In this document: positions 24,578 to 34,567 of the stretch, one piece after another | How positions within the stretch are numbered: the stretch's first letter is position 1 | Layout of the letters: every line of letters starts with the position of its first letter | NCBI GenBank assembly: GCA_964453265.1 | Contig: CAYVNU010000001.1 | Location: forward strand, 52,022-104,275 | DNA length: 52,254 nucleotides | Source: an uncultured Candidatus Saccharibacteria bacterium | Lineage (GTDB): Bacteria > Patescibacteriota > Doudnabacteria > UBA920 | Reading direction: 5' to 3' | The notes under the pieces: generated by a model | What the model was told of the DNA's origin: nothing | The model's database searches: none | What the model saw: only the letters and a program-made list of their open reading frames with translations | Translations under genes and position numbers: made by a program

Positions 24578-25703
24578 ATATTAGTGAGCCATAAACTTTT
24601 TTTGTTTCGCTCAGCATTTTTTCTTCAGAAAATAGTTTGGAACGCTCTAGCGCTTTTTTTGACAAACTACTCATAACATCTGGATGTTCTAGTAAATATT
24701 CAAGGGCATCAGCCAGAGCCTTAGGGTTGTTTGGTTCTATTAAAATTCCTGCATCTCCCAGAGCCTCAGGAATCCCTCCTACATTAGTTGCGATAATAGG
24801 TAGCCCAGCCTGCATGGCTTCTAAAAGTACAAAAGGAAAACCTTCTTTAATTGATGGTAATACAAAAATATCGAAAGCTTTTAGTAATGTTGCTGCATTG
24901 ATTTTTGGGCCTATTAACTGAAAAGTTCCATCATCGGTGACACTTTTTCTTCCGAATGTTTGGCCTATGACTATGACTAAAAAATTGTTTCTAGAGTTGA
25001 TTAAGTGTGATGCTTCTTCTAAAATCTCGACGCCTTTGGTTATATAATTGTTTGCTATTGTGCCGATTACTTTGGTTTGACTGTCTAATTTTAAATCAAG
25101 TTTTGTTCGTGCATCTTCTTTGGAATTAAAATCTATTGGAGGTAAGCCGTTGTGGATAGTTTGGATTTTACCTTCGCTTATTAGTTTATTTTGCAATGCG
25201 GCTTTTCTGTCGAAATCAGATACGGTTATAATAAAATCGCGATAAGAAGAGGCGACCTTTTCTAAGGCCAAATAAAAATTTTTTGCGGACAAAGACAGTG
25301 GTTCTAAAAATCTAAAACCATGGGCGGTAAAGACAACCTGCGTATCAGGCCAGCATGGTTTGCCGGTACGGGGTGCTGCCTTGGTTTTTAAGAATGCGCA
25401 CGCGACGCTGCCTAAAAAGCCGGCTTTGGTAGAATTTAAATGAACAATATCGGGGCGCACTAGTCTGATTAATTGCCGAATTTCCCACAAAGCCCATATG
25501 TCGTGGTATAAACTTATGTTGCGTTTTAAATGACGTAATTTATAAGTGGGGATTTTTAAGTTTCGGGCAGTTTTAAAAAGCTCATCAGCTTCGTCGCCGG
25601 CTGCAATTATCCCGCCAAAATGCTTAGCTAGGGTTAAAACGTATTTTTGCGCTCCGCCGCCGTCTGCTTGAGTAATAATATAAAGAATTTTAGGGACCGG
25701 CAT
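24576..25703 (-). CDS. family 4 (GT-B) glycosyltransferase
   Basis: GGAQKYVLTLAK and EGFPFVLLEAMQAGLPIIATNVGGIPE (E-x7-E region). This is the only minus-strand gene in the window. Confidence 0.85.
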   Translation of the reverse strand: MPVPKILYIITQADGGGAQKYVLTLAKHFGGIIAAGDEADELFKTARNLKIPTYKLRHLKRNISLYHDIWALWEIRQLIRLVRPDIVHLNSTKAGFLGSVACAFLKTKAAPRTGKPCWPDTQVVFTAHGFRFLEPLSLSAKNFYLALEKVASSYRDFIITVSDFDRKAALQNKLISEGKIQTIHNGLPPIDFNSKEDARTKLDLKLDSQTKVIGTIANNYITKGVEILEEASHLINSRNNFLVIVIGQTFGRKSVTDDGTFQLIGPKINAATLLKAFDIFVLPSIKEGFPFVLLEAMQAGLPIIATNVGGIPEALGDAGILIEPNNPKALADALEYLLEHPDVMSSLSKKALERSKLFSEEKMLSETKKVYGSLI

Positions 25704-25807
25704 AAATGTAGAAATTGTTAAATCGTTAAAATCTGTTTAAAATAGCTAATTACATTCTATCTGATTTTTCGTTGATTTAAAAGGGTTTTTATGGTAAATT
25801 ATTAATT

Positions 25808-26836
25808 ATGGAACAAAAGAACAAAATAGCTTTAATTACCGGCGTTACCGGCCAAGATGGGTCATATTTAGCTGAATTACTTTTATCTAAGGGTTATGAA
25901 GTGCACGGCATAATTAGACGCGCAAGTACCTTTAATACTGAGCGAATAGATCAAATTTATTCAGACCCTCATGGAGAAAAATCTCAGGGTCAAAAGTTTA
26001 CTTTGCATTATGGCGATTTGGCCGATGCTTCAAATATTAATTTTCTTTTAAGAAAAATTCAACCAACGGAAATATATAATTTAGGCGCGCAGAGCCATGT
26101 GCGCGTAAGTTTTGATATTCCTGAATACACGGCAAATATTGTTGGTTTGGGGGCTTTGCGTTTTTTAGACGCAATCCGCGAAAATAACATTAAGACAAAA
26201 TTTTATCAAGCAGGCAGCAGCGAAATGTTTGGCGATGTTTTAGAAACTCCGCAAAAGGAAACTACTCCGTTTAATCCGGCTTCTCCTTACGGAGCCGCTA
26301 AAGTATTCGCGCATTATATTTGTAAAAATTACCGTACCGCTTATAACATGTTTATTTGCAACGGAATTTTATTTAACCATGAAAGTCCGAGGCGCGGAAA
26401 AACTTTTGTGACCAGAAAAATTACCAGAGGCGTGGCAAGTATTTTAGCTAAGCAGATAGATAAAATTTATTTGGGCAATTTGGACGCTAAGAGAGACTGG
26501 GGTTTTGCGCCTGAGTACGTAGAAGCCATGTGGCTTATGATGCAAGCGGAAGAGCCAGATGATTATGTCATTGCAACCGGGGAAATGAGAACTGTTAGGG
26601 AATTTGTGGCTGAGGCCTTTAAGTTGGTTGGTATAGATAATTGGCAGGATTATATTGGCGTTGATCCGCGTTATTTCAGGCCGCAGGAGGTTAATTTGCT
26701 TAAAGGGGATTATTCTAAGGCTAAGAAAAAATTAGGCTGGGAACCGAAAGTTAAATTTAAAGAGTTGGTAAAAATAATGCTCGAGTCGGATATAAAAGCC
26801 GCCGGCCTTGATCCAAAACAATATATTAAGCTTTAG
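25808..26836 (+). CDS. gmd: GDP-mannose 4,6-dehydratase
   Basis: [50 protein letters not shown] and [11 protein letters not shown]. Confidence 0.92.
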   Translation: MEQKNKIALITGVTGQDGSYLAELLLSKGYEVHGIIRRASTFNTERIDQIYSDPHGEKSQGQKFTLHYGDLADASNINFLLRKIQPTEIYNLGAQSHVRVSFDIPEYTANIVGLGALRFLDAIRENNIKTKFYQAGSSEMFGDVLETPQKETTPFNPASPYGAAKVFAHYICKNYRTAYNMFICNGILFNHESPRRGKTFVTRKITRGVASILAKQIDKIYLGNLDAKRDWGFAPEYVEAMWLMMQAEEPDDYVIATGEMRTVREFVAEAFKLVGIDNWQDYIGVDPRYFRPQEVNLLKGDYSKAKKKLGWEPKVKFKELVKIMLESDIKAAGLDPKQYIKL

Positions 26837-26844
26837 CTTTGGTT

Positions 26845-27627
26845 ATGAAATTAATTAGTTTAAATATTCAAGGGGGTTCTCAGGGCAAAGCTTTTTTTGA
26901 TTATATAAAAAAACAGAAAAAAACCGCTGATATTATATGTTTTCAGGAAGTGTTTAAGTCTAAGCTTTCTGACAAAGTAATGCAAGGGCATGATTTAAAT
27001 ATTCATGAAAAATTAGAAAATTTGCTTAAAAATTTTGAAGGCAGATTTTTCCCGGCATACAATAAAATGGGCACTTTTTTGAAATTAAAGGGCAAGGTTG
27101 AATTTGGTTATTCCATATACGTTAAAAGGGGTTTTGTAATTGAAGATTATTTTTGCCAACATATAATAGGTTCTTTAAAGAATGAGATTAATTTTCAAGA
27201 AGAAAAAGAAAGCAACGGTGTACAGTGCGCTAAAATCCAAGATGGCCAAAAAACTTTTTGGGTAGTAAATGTTCATGGTGTTGCTCATCCGGGCGATAAA
27301 TTGGATACCCCCAAAAGAGTTTTACAATCAAAAAAAATAGTCGCTATTTTAAAAAAACTTAAAGGTCCAAAAATTCTTTGCGGAGATTTTAATTTGCTGC
27401 CGAATACAAAAAGCATTCTGCTTATCGAGCAAGCCGGCATGAAAAATTTAATTAAGACTTATAAAATAAAAAATACCCGTAACAGCATTTCTTGGAAGAA
27501 ATATAATAATAAACAGTATTTTGCCGATTTTACTTTTGTCTCCCAGAAGATTCAAGTTAAAAGTTTTAAGGTACCGTACAATTTAGTTTCCGACCATTTG
27601 CCTATGGTTTTAGAGTTTGAAGTTTAA
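26845..27627 (+). CDS. endonuclease/exonuclease/phosphatase (EEP) family protein
   Basis: LNIQGG, VVNVHG, GDFNLLPNT and SDHLPMVLEF are EEP catalytic motifs. ATG 26845 is preferred over the TTG at 26839. Confidence 0.7.
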   Translation: MKLISLNIQGGSQGKAFFDYIKKQKKTADIICFQEVFKSKLSDKVMQGHDLNIHEKLENLLKNFEGRFFPAYNKMGTFLKLKGKVEFGYSIYVKRGFVIEDYFCQHIIGSLKNEINFQEEKESNGVQCAKIQDGQKTFWVVNVHGVAHPGDKLDTPKRVLQSKKIVAILKKLKGPKILCGDFNLLPNTKSILLIEQAGMKNLIKTYKIKNTRNSISWKKYNNKQYFADFTFVSQKIQVKSFKVPYNLVSDHLPMVLEFEV

Positions 27628-27642
27628 TTTTTAAGTTTTTAT

Positions 27643-28710
27643 ATGAAAGTTTTGTTTTGCGGTTTAAAATATGAATATGGTAAGCCCCATAGGGGATTGT
27701 CTTTTGAGTACCAAAATTTTTATGAGGTTTTAAAGCAAATGCCGGGCGTGGAAACAGAGGGCTTTTTTATAGATGAAAAAATTCTGGAAGCCGGCCGCGA
27801 TGTAATGAATCCGCTTTTAATTAAGACCGTAGAAGACCAAAAACCGGACCTTTTATTTACTTTTTTATTTACCGAAGAAATTAAGAAAGAAACCATAGCT
27901 TATATTACTCGCAAGACAAATACAAAAACCTTTAACTGGTTTGCCGACGACCACTGGAGATTTCCTGTTTATTCTAAATATTGGGCGCCTTTATTTACCG
28001 CTGTTTCTACTACAGATTCAAAAGCAGTAGAAAAATATAGAAGAATCGGAGTTAAAGCAATCAAAACTCAGTGGGCGGCAAACACGAGGTTGTACAAACC
28101 CGCAAGTCTACCCACTACCCATTACCCACTACCCACTGTTGCTTTTGTGGGCAAAAATTACGGTAACCGTTCTGGCTATTTGAATGCATTAAAATCAGCA
28201 GGATTGCCTGCGGTTGGTTATGGCAGTGGGTGGCAGAACGGAAGAGTTGAATTTGAAAAAATGTTTGAAATTTTTAGCCATTCAAAAATTAATTTGAATT
28301 TTACCGAAAGTCCTTATACGACTTTTAAAGAAAGAATGAAATTTTTAGTTAAATTCTTTGTCAAAAAAGAATTTGGAAAATTCAAACCTAATTTTCAATC
28401 GCCAATTTCTAACTTGCAGTCTTTTTTTGGCGCCCAGCGCAGGCAAATAAAAGGGCGGATTTTTGAAGTGCCGGCCTGCGGAGGATTTTTATTAACCGGC
28501 CACGCGGATAATTTAAGCGACTATTATGTGGACGGTAAAGAAATTGTTGTTTTTAAAAATGTTAATGAATTAATAGAAAAAACTAAATATTATTTGGAAC
28601 ACGAATCTGAACGCGAGGCGATTGCTAAAGCCGGATATGAAAGAACCATAAGAGAACACACCTATGAACAGAGATTTCGTGAGATTTTTAAAGCTTTGGA
28701 TTTAAATTAA
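27643..28710 (+). CDS. CgeB-family/DUF3880-type glycosyltransferase
   Basis: The C-terminal RIFEVPACGGFLLT...VVFKNVNELIEKTKYYLEHESEREAIAKAGYERTIREHTYEQR is typical of the CgeB / Glyco_trans_1_2 family. Confidence 0.65.
   Translation: MKVLFCGLKYEYGKPHRGLSFEYQNFYEVLKQMPGVETEGFFIDEKILEAGRDVMNPLLIKTVEDQKPDLLFTFLFTEEIKKETIAYITRKTNTKTFNWFADDHWRFPVYSKYWAPLFTAVSTTDSKAVEKYRRIGVKAIKTQWAANTRLYKPASLPTTHYPLPTVAFVGKNYGNRSGYLNALKSAGLPAVGYGSGWQNGRVEFEKMFEIFSHSKINLNFTESPYTTFKERMKFLVKFFVKKEFGKFKPNFQSPISNLQSFFGAQRRQIKGRIFEVPACGGFLLTGHADNLSDYYVDGKEIVVFKNVNELIEKTKYYLEHESEREAIAKAGYERTIREHTYEQRFREIFKALDLN
28108..28135. repeat. 4 x 7-nt tandem repeat (ctaccca ctaccca ttaccca ctaccca) inside a CDS
   Basis: Read directly from the sequence. 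It encodes part of PTTHYPLPT. Confidence 0.7.
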
Positions 28711-29654
28711 TGCTTAATTTAAAAAATTCTAAAATTTTATTAACTGGCGGTTATGGCTTTTTAGGTCAAAGAGTTTTTTTAGAATTGTTAAAAGCAGGTG
28801 CGAATGAAAGACAAATTCAAATGCCAAGAAGTAAAAGTTTGGATTTAAGGATTCAGAAAAATTGCCAAAGGGCTGTCAAAGGTAAAGATTTGATTATTCA
28901 TTTGGCTGCCAATGTGGGTGGCATAGGTTACAACAAAGAAAATCCCGGCAAACTTTTTTACGACAATGCCACTATGGGCATAAATTTAATTGAAGCTGCC
29001 AGAGAGGCGAGGGTAAAAAAATTCGTACAAGTCGGCACGGTTTGCGCGTATCCGAAATTTCCCGAGCACATTCCTTTTAAAGAAGAAGATTTGTGGAAAG
29101 GTTATCCGGAAGAAACCAACGCGCCTTACGGTATAGCTAAATTAGCTTTGCTTGAAATGCTTCAATCTTATCGCAAACAGTACGGATTTAATGGCATTTA
29201 TTTGCTGCCTACCAATTTGTACGGTCCGGGCGATAATTTCGACCCTAAATCTTCCCATGTAATACCCGCCTTAATAAAAAAATTTGTTGAAGCCAAACAG
29301 CAGGGTTTGTCTGAAGTGGTAGTCTGGGGGACAGGTAAGGCTAGCCGGGAATTTTTATATGTAGATGACGCGGCCAGAGCAATTGTTGCGGCTGCGCAAA
29401 AGTACGACAAAGCAGAACCGGTAAATATTGGCTCTAACAATGAAATAAAAATCAAGCAATTAGTGGAAATAATAAGCAAAATTACCGACTATACCGGCAA
29501 AATAGTCTGGGATAAAACCAAGCCCGACGGCCAGCCCAGAAGAAAGCTTGACGTTAGCCGCGCGAAAAAAGAATTAGGTTTTACTTCCAAAATTACTTTC
29601 TCAGTGGGACTTAAGAAAACAATCGAATGGTACATAAAGAATAAAAAAGTTTAA
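28710..29654 (+). CDS. fcl: GDP-L-fucose synthase (GDP-4-keto-6-deoxymannose 3,5-epimerase/4-reductase)
   Basis: ILLTGGYGFLG, NAPYGIAKLALLEM, LPTNLYGPGDNF and SHVIPALIKKF. It has a TAATG overlap with the upstream gene. Confidence 0.88.
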   Translation: MLNLKNSKILLTGGYGFLGQRVFLELLKAGANERQIQMPRSKSLDLRIQKNCQRAVKGKDLIIHLAANVGGIGYNKENPGKLFYDNATMGINLIEAAREARVKKFVQVGTVCAYPKFPEHIPFKEEDLWKGYPEETNAPYGIAKLALLEMLQSYRKQYGFNGIYLLPTNLYGPGDNFDPKSSHVIPALIKKFVEAKQQGLSEVVVWGTGKASREFLYVDDAARAIVAAAQKYDKAEPVNIGSNNEIKIKQLVEIISKITDYTGKIVWDKTKPDGQPRRKLDVSRAKKELGFTSKITFSVGLKKTIEWYIKNKKV

Positions 29655-29663
29655 TAAATCATT

Positions 29664-29701
29664 TCAATCTTTTAAATTATGTCAATTTTGTCAATGAATT
29701 T
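29664..29701 (+). repeat. AT-rich TGTCAAT-containing leader repeat abutting a start codon
   Basis: Matches 40198-40235 at 32/38. Both copies end exactly at an ATG. Confidence 0.6.
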
Positions 29702-30532
29702 ATGAGCAACATAACATTTATTATTTTTACTTATAACGAAGAAAAACGTCTGCCTTTTGTTTTGCGCAATCTTTCTAAATATGGACAAGTATGCTTAATG
29801 GATGACGGCAGTACCGATAAAACTAAGGAAATTGCTGAAACTAACGGCGCTTTGTATTTTAGGCGACCACCGAGCACGACAGCCAATGTTGAAACGCCGG
29901 CCAATTTTGAATTTATAAAATCTTTTTTAAAAACCGATTGGATATACTGGGGTTATGTCGACAATATTGCGCCAAAAAGTCTGCTAGAAAAGTTAAAAGA
30001 AGTTTCCAAGCAAAACCATTACAAACAGGTTATGATCCCGCTCTATACTTATTTGTGGGGGAATACAAAAAATTATACTTTAAAAGCTTATGCTCCGTTC
30101 TTTTTCCATAAAGATTTTATAGATTTTCACAACAATCATATTCACGGTATTGGAAATTTTTTGGGGACAAAAGAAGAGGTTTTAACTTTGCCGAGCAAGG
30201 AAGAATATGCTTTAAGACATTTTAGTACTTATAACTTAGAAAAATTTGTCAGGAATCATTTAAAGTATAGCGAGACGGAAGCGGCGGAAAAATTTAAATC
30301 CGGACAAAAATTTAGTTTGCTTCGGTTATTCCGCGCTCTTTTAGCTTATACTTGGTATTTTACCAAGAACAATTATAAAAACGGCAAACTTGGGGTTTTG
30401 GTTATGCTAAATTATCTTTTTTATCGGGTAATGACTTACACGCGTCTTTATGAATTGGAAAATAATTTGACTATAGAAAATATAGAGAATAATTACAGCA
30501 AAAAGAAAGAAGAGATGCTTAAAGATTTTTAA
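29702..30532 (+). CDS. family 2 glycosyltransferase
   Basis: ITFIIFTYNEEKRLPFVLRNL...MDDGSTDKTKEIAE. Confidence 0.75.
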   Translation: MSNITFIIFTYNEEKRLPFVLRNLSKYGQVCLMDDGSTDKTKEIAETNGALYFRRPPSTTANVETPANFEFIKSFLKTDWIYWGYVDNIAPKSLLEKLKEVSKQNHYKQVMIPLYTYLWGNTKNYTLKAYAPFFFHKDFIDFHNNHIHGIGNFLGTKEEVLTLPSKEEYALRHFSTYNLEKFVRNHLKYSETEAAEKFKSGQKFSLLRLFRALLAYTWYFTKNNYKNGKLGVLVMLNYLFYRVMTYTRLYELENNLTIENIENNYSKKKEEMLKDF

Positions 30533-31470
30533 TGAAAAATTTTTTTAGAAAAATTATTCAAACCATTCGCCAGCATACGCCGCTTTGGCTGAGGTGGAAG
30601 TTTGGACCCATAGTAGCTTATATTGCTTATTTTTTTAGAATTTATATTTTTGGCAATAAGAACGCGCCTAAAGTTTTATCTATAGAAGACACCTTGGATT
30701 TAATAGAAAAACAGAATTTATCTTTTGTGCGTTTTGGCGACGGAGAAATTACTTTAATCCAGAAAAACGACTTGCTTTTTCAAAAATCAGATCCGGAATT
30801 AGTTAGGCGACTGAGAGAAATTTTAAATTCCAACTTGCCCGGTTTGCTTATTTGCCTGCCAGATTTGTTTGGTAAATTAGACGGCTTTGCAAAAGATGCT
30901 TATAAATTCGCTTTGCATCACCAGTTTCGGTATTGGCATGAATGGACAGAGCTTTTAAATCTTTCGCAGACTTACGGCAATACTTTTATAACCCGGCCAT
31001 ATTTAGGTTTTACCAAAACTGTAAGACAGAAGAGTGGAAATGCTTTCAAAAAACTTTTTAATTTGTGGAAAGGCAAACATGTTTTGTTAGTAGAAGGTTC
31101 TAAGAGTCGTTTGGGAGTGGGTAATAATATGTTTAGCGAAGCTGCTTCGGTTACTAGAATTTTGTGTCCTCCGGAAAACGCATATGCTAAATATAAAGAA
31201 ATTTTGGCAGAAGTTTTGAAAAATTCTAAAGAAAAGCTTGTACTGTTGTCGCTTGGGCCGGCTGCAAAAGTTTTAGGTTACGATCTGTTTATAAAAGGTT
31301 ATCGAGTTTTAGATATTGGACATTTGGATATGGAGTACGAAATGTTTTTAAGACAGGCAGAGGTTTTGGCCAAAGTTAAGTATAAATATTTTAATGAAAT
31401 AAATGAGCGCACTCCTGAGGATTGTGTTGATCCAAAATATTTGAGTGAAATTATAAGCCGAATCGAATGA
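30532..31470 (+). CDS. GT-D fold (DUF1792 / SP_1767-family) glycosyltransferase
   Basis: SFVRFGDGEITLI and LGPAAKVLGYDL motifs. It has a TAATG overlap with the upstream gene. Confidence 0.65.
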   Translation: MKNFFRKIIQTIRQHTPLWLRWKFGPIVAYIAYFFRIYIFGNKNAPKVLSIEDTLDLIEKQNLSFVRFGDGEITLIQKNDLLFQKSDPELVRRLREILNSNLPGLLICLPDLFGKLDGFAKDAYKFALHHQFRYWHEWTELLNLSQTYGNTFITRPYLGFTKTVRQKSGNAFKKLFNLWKGKHVLLVEGSKSRLGVGNNMFSEAASVTRILCPPENAYAKYKEILAEVLKNSKEKLVLLSLGPAAKVLGYDLFIKGYRVLDIGHLDMEYEMFLRQAEVLAKVKYKYFNEINERTPEDCVDPKYLSEIISRIE

Positions 31471-32525
31471 AGACAATCAAACTTAAAATTTGCGACCCCA
31501 ACTTGGGGCAAAAGTTTTCTTACGGTACTTTTTTTTATAATATTTTAAAACAATATTATGAAATTGAATTGTCGGAAAATCCCGATTACGTAATTTATAA
31601 TGAATCAACGTACGAATATTTAAAGTATGGGGGCATTCGAATTTTGTTTGTGGGGGAAAACATTTCACCTAATTTTAATCTTTGCGACTATGCCGTGGGT
31701 TTTGACTATTTAACTTTTCAGGACCGATTCTACCGCATGCCGCTTTATTTGGTTGCCCAATTTTATTCTGACGAAGAATTGGAATTGGCAGGAGGTATGG
31801 ATTTTACCAAGCAAAAAGTTTTTACCAGGGACGAGTTATGTAAAAAAAACGGTTTTTGCAGTTTTGTATATAGTAATTATTTGGCTGGTGGCCAGCGCGA
31901 GGAGATGTTTAATAAACTTTCTGCGTATAAAAAGGTTGACGCCGGAGGCGGGTATTTAAACAATGTCGGAGGCAGGGTAAAAAATAAGTTAGCATTTGAA
32001 ATGCAGTATAAGTTTGCGATTGCTTTTGAAAATTCTTCTCGCAGCGGTTATACGACCGAAAAGTTGCCAAATGCTATTTCTGCCAGGACAATTCCAATTT
32101 ATTGGGGCAATCCGGATGTGGCTTTGGAGTTTAACCACAAGCGGTTTATTAATTGTCATGCTTATAAAAATTTTGACGAAGTAATAGAAAAAGTTAAGGA
32201 GCTGGATAAAAACGATGAACTGTATTTAAAAACCATCAACGAGCCCGTGGCGGCGCTCGGTATGGACTTTAATTTAGTAAAAAGCGGTTTTGAAAAATTT
32301 TTACTAAATATTTTTGACCAGCCTTTAGCTTCGGCCAAACGCAGGACTATAAACGCGGTAAGAGCGGCAAATGCGGAAAAAGGGGAAGTTTTAGCGGCCA
32401 AGGCCATGGCCAGAGAATTAAATTTTAGAAAAATATTAGCTCCTCTATACCGGCCTTTTAAAAGAATTATTTTTTTAGAAAAATTTAAACAAAAGTTTTT
32501 GGCAAAAAAATTAAATATCAAATAA
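31467..32525 (+). CDS. family 10 glycosyltransferase (alpha-1,3/4-fucosyltransferase-like)
   Basis: FCSFVYSN...REEMFNKLS.YKKVD.GG and KFAIAFENSSRSGYTTEKL...IPIYWG are GT10 motifs. It has an ATGA overlap with the upstream gene. Confidence 0.75.
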   Translation: MKTIKLKICDPNLGQKFSYGTFFYNILKQYYEIELSENPDYVIYNESTYEYLKYGGIRILFVGENISPNFNLCDYAVGFDYLTFQDRFYRMPLYLVAQFYSDEELELAGGMDFTKQKVFTRDELCKKNGFCSFVYSNYLAGGQREEMFNKLSAYKKVDAGGGYLNNVGGRVKNKLAFEMQYKFAIAFENSSRSGYTTEKLPNAISARTIPIYWGNPDVALEFNHKRFINCHAYKNFDEVIEKVKELDKNDELYLKTINEPVAALGMDFNLVKSGFEKFLLNIFDQPLASAKRRTINAVRAANAEKGEVLAAKAMARELNFRKILAPLYRPFKRIIFLEKFKQKFLAKKLNIK

Positions 32526-32529
32526 ATTT

Positions 32530-33357
32530 ATGAGCGAAATATCAAGAGAGGTGCAAAAAGAAAAATTTCAATTTAAGCCTACGGATGCGATTATTACATT
32601 CGGCAGGGGAATTGAGCAAGTTAATACTTCGTCAGCAGTTTTGGGGGAAAGAGAACAAGTCTGGAAAGGCACAAGGCTAATCCAAGAGTTAGTAAGAGAC
32701 AGAGAAACAGGCCGGCATATTCGAACCGGCTTGCGAAAAGCTGGCAAACCACTTCAGTCTTTTGCAGAAACTGACGAGTTAAATGAGATGGCTGCCGGTG
32801 CTAATGCTAATATTTTTGCGGTTTTAGAATGGATAAAATTGGCTGAAAAAAATAACAGTTTGCCTAAACAAATAATTTTTTCCGGCGGTAGGCCGAAGTA
32901 TTTAGATAAAGCTGAGCCGGGAATAACCGAAGCTTCTGTTATGAGCTCAGAATTTCAAAGACGTCTTAAACTTACGCATAAAAACAAAAATTTAAATTTA
33001 CCTCCTGCTTTGGTTTTAACAGAGAGTAAAAATACACAAGATGATTTGGTAAATTCATTAACAGAAGCGAAAAATCAAGGCTGTAAGTCGGTTACCATTG
33101 TCAATGTTTCTTGGGCTATGGAAAGAACCAAGGCATTTTATCAAAATGATGTCTTAAAACATTACCCGCAACTTGTAGATATTAAAGTAAATTTTGTTAC
33201 GAGTGACGAACTCTTGCTTTCTAGATTTGGCCAGAGAGCAGAAAGAATTTTAGCAGATTTAAAAAGCTCATTTGCTCATACAGATACTTTAAAAAATGAA
33301 GCAATTGGCATAAAAAAAATAATTGAAGGACAATATAAGAACAAAGGTAACTACTAA
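32530..33357 (+). CDS. possible DUF218/YdcF-family protein
   Basis: IIFSGGRPKY...ITEASVM and a later SWAMERTKAF resemble the DUF218 pattern. The match is weak. Confidence 0.4.
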   Translation: MSEISREVQKEKFQFKPTDAIITFGRGIEQVNTSSAVLGEREQVWKGTRLIQELVRDRETGRHIRTGLRKAGKPLQSFAETDELNEMAAGANANIFAVLEWIKLAEKNNSLPKQIIFSGGRPKYLDKAEPGITEASVMSSEFQRRLKLTHKNKNLNLPPALVLTESKNTQDDLVNSLTEAKNQGCKSVTIVNVSWAMERTKAFYQNDVLKHYPQLVDIKVNFVTSDELLLSRFGQRAERILADLKSSFAHTDTLKNEAIGIKKIIEGQYKNKGNY

Positions 33358-33416
33358 TTTTTAGAGATATTATTGGGCAAATTTCTGTAATGTTGTGGAT
33401 ATAACGAAAATAACAG

Positions 33417-33478
33417 CTATATTGAGCCTTTATGAACCTTATTGACACCAAAAGAAACCATTGCTATGCTCAATATAG
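33417..33478 (+). promoter_or_regulatory. candidate promoter flanked by a perfect 11-bp inverted repeat (operator-like)
   Basis: ctatattgagc (33417-33427) pairs with gctcaatatag (33468-33478). Between them lie TTGACA (33442-33447), a 17-nt spacer and TATGCT (33465-33470). An AGGAAGG ribosome-binding site precedes ATG 33507. Confidence 0.5.
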
Positions 33479-33506
33479 AGTATTAAGAGTTAGGAAGGTT
33501 TAAAGT

Positions 33507-33752
33507 ATGTCAGAAATACAGCCTAATGAAGTCTACACGACGGGGGAAACCCAAAAGCTATTAAAAGTAAGCAATAGCACTATTAAGCGTATGCTTAAAA
33601 ATGGCCTTTTGCGCGCCAATAAGATAGGTAAGCAATATCGTATAATGGGTCATGAAATTTTGCGTCTTGTTTCTCCGGTTTTAGAGGAAAAAACTGTATT
33701 AACTTATCAAAAAATTAAAACCAAAGCCCGTGAGAAGGTTAAAGATTGGTAA
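33507..33752 (+). CDS. excisionase-family (MerR-like, HTH_17) DNA-binding protein
   Basis: YTTGETQKLLKVSNSTIKRMLKNGLLRANKIGKQYRI matches the excisionase/helix-turn-helix family. Confidence 0.7.
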   Translation: MSEIQPNEVYTTGETQKLLKVSNSTIKRMLKNGLLRANKIGKQYRIMGHEILRLVSPVLEEKTVLTYQKIKTKAREKVKDW

Positions 33753-33760
33753 CTTTTTTT

Positions 33761-34567
33761 ATGAATGTTGAATTTTCTTGGGATGAGAAGCAATTTTATA
33801 ATATGGTTGCTTCAACTGTCCATAATCCTACGTTGCCTTTTATTCAAAAGTATTTGCCAAAGACCGAGCCAGTGCTAGAAGCAGGCTGCGGGCTTGGCCA
33901 TATTGTGAAGTATTTGGGCGATTTGGGTTATGACGCATACGGTATAGAAATTGGCTCAGAGGCAGTAAAGGCAGTAAAGCAGATTGAACCAAATTTGAGA
34001 GTAGAATGTGCGAGCGTGGAGTACGTGCCTTTTCCCGATAATTTTTTTGGCGGCTTAATTTGTTTAGGCGTGGTAGAACATATAACCCAAGGGCCGGAAA
34101 AAGCACTTAAAGAATTATACCGAGTTATGAAACCCGGTTCAATTGGTGTTATTTCCGTGCCGGTTTTTGGCACCCTGAGAAAAATTAAGCACTATTTGGG
34201 GATTAGCTATTTGGATTATCATTTGCGAAATTTTTATCATAAATTATTTCGCAATGGAGAAAACTGGACACAAACCGGTATAGATAAAACTATGTTATTG
34301 CCGTATCACAGATGGCCATATGCTGGCGATTTTTTTGAGTACCGCTATACTCGCAAGCAGTTTGCCAGCAAACTTACTAGAGCAGGTTTTCAAATTGAGA
34401 GCGAATATTCTTTAGAAGGTATGCAGGGACTATATCACGAGCTGGGCGGAATGTTTGTAAACCTTTCCAATCCTAGCTGGTTTGTTAAAATGCTAGATAA
34501 AATTTTTTCTAAGTTTGATTTTTTTCATCATCATACTTATTTAGCTATAGTTAAAAAACCTTTATGA
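33761..34567 (+). CDS. class I SAM-dependent methyltransferase
   Basis: VLEAGCGLGHIVKYLGDLGYDAYGIE (motif I) and LKPGSIGVISVP. ATG 33761 is preferred over the TTG at 33746. Confidence 0.75.
   Translation: MNVEFSWDEKQFYNMVASTVHNPTLPFIQKYLPKTEPVLEAGCGLGHIVKYLGDLGYDAYGIEIGSEAVKAVKQIEPNLRVECASVEYVPFPDNFFGGLICLGVVEHITQGPEKALKELYRVMKPGSIGVISVPVFGTLRKIKHYLGISYLDYHLRNFYHKLFRNGENWTQTGIDKTMLLPYHRWPYAGDFFEYRYTRKQFASKLTRAGFQIESEYSLEGMQGLYHELGGMFVNLSNPSWFVKMLDKIFSKFDFFHHHTYLAIVKKPL

Noticed and set aside
25335-25390. Possible extra GC-rich insertion in the GT4 gene (encodes KTKAAPRTGKPCWPDTQ on the minus strand)
   Set aside because: It is locally GC-rich and sits in a loop-like position. It shares no clear nucleotide module with the repeat family and has only an imperfect stem, so it is not counted as a family member.
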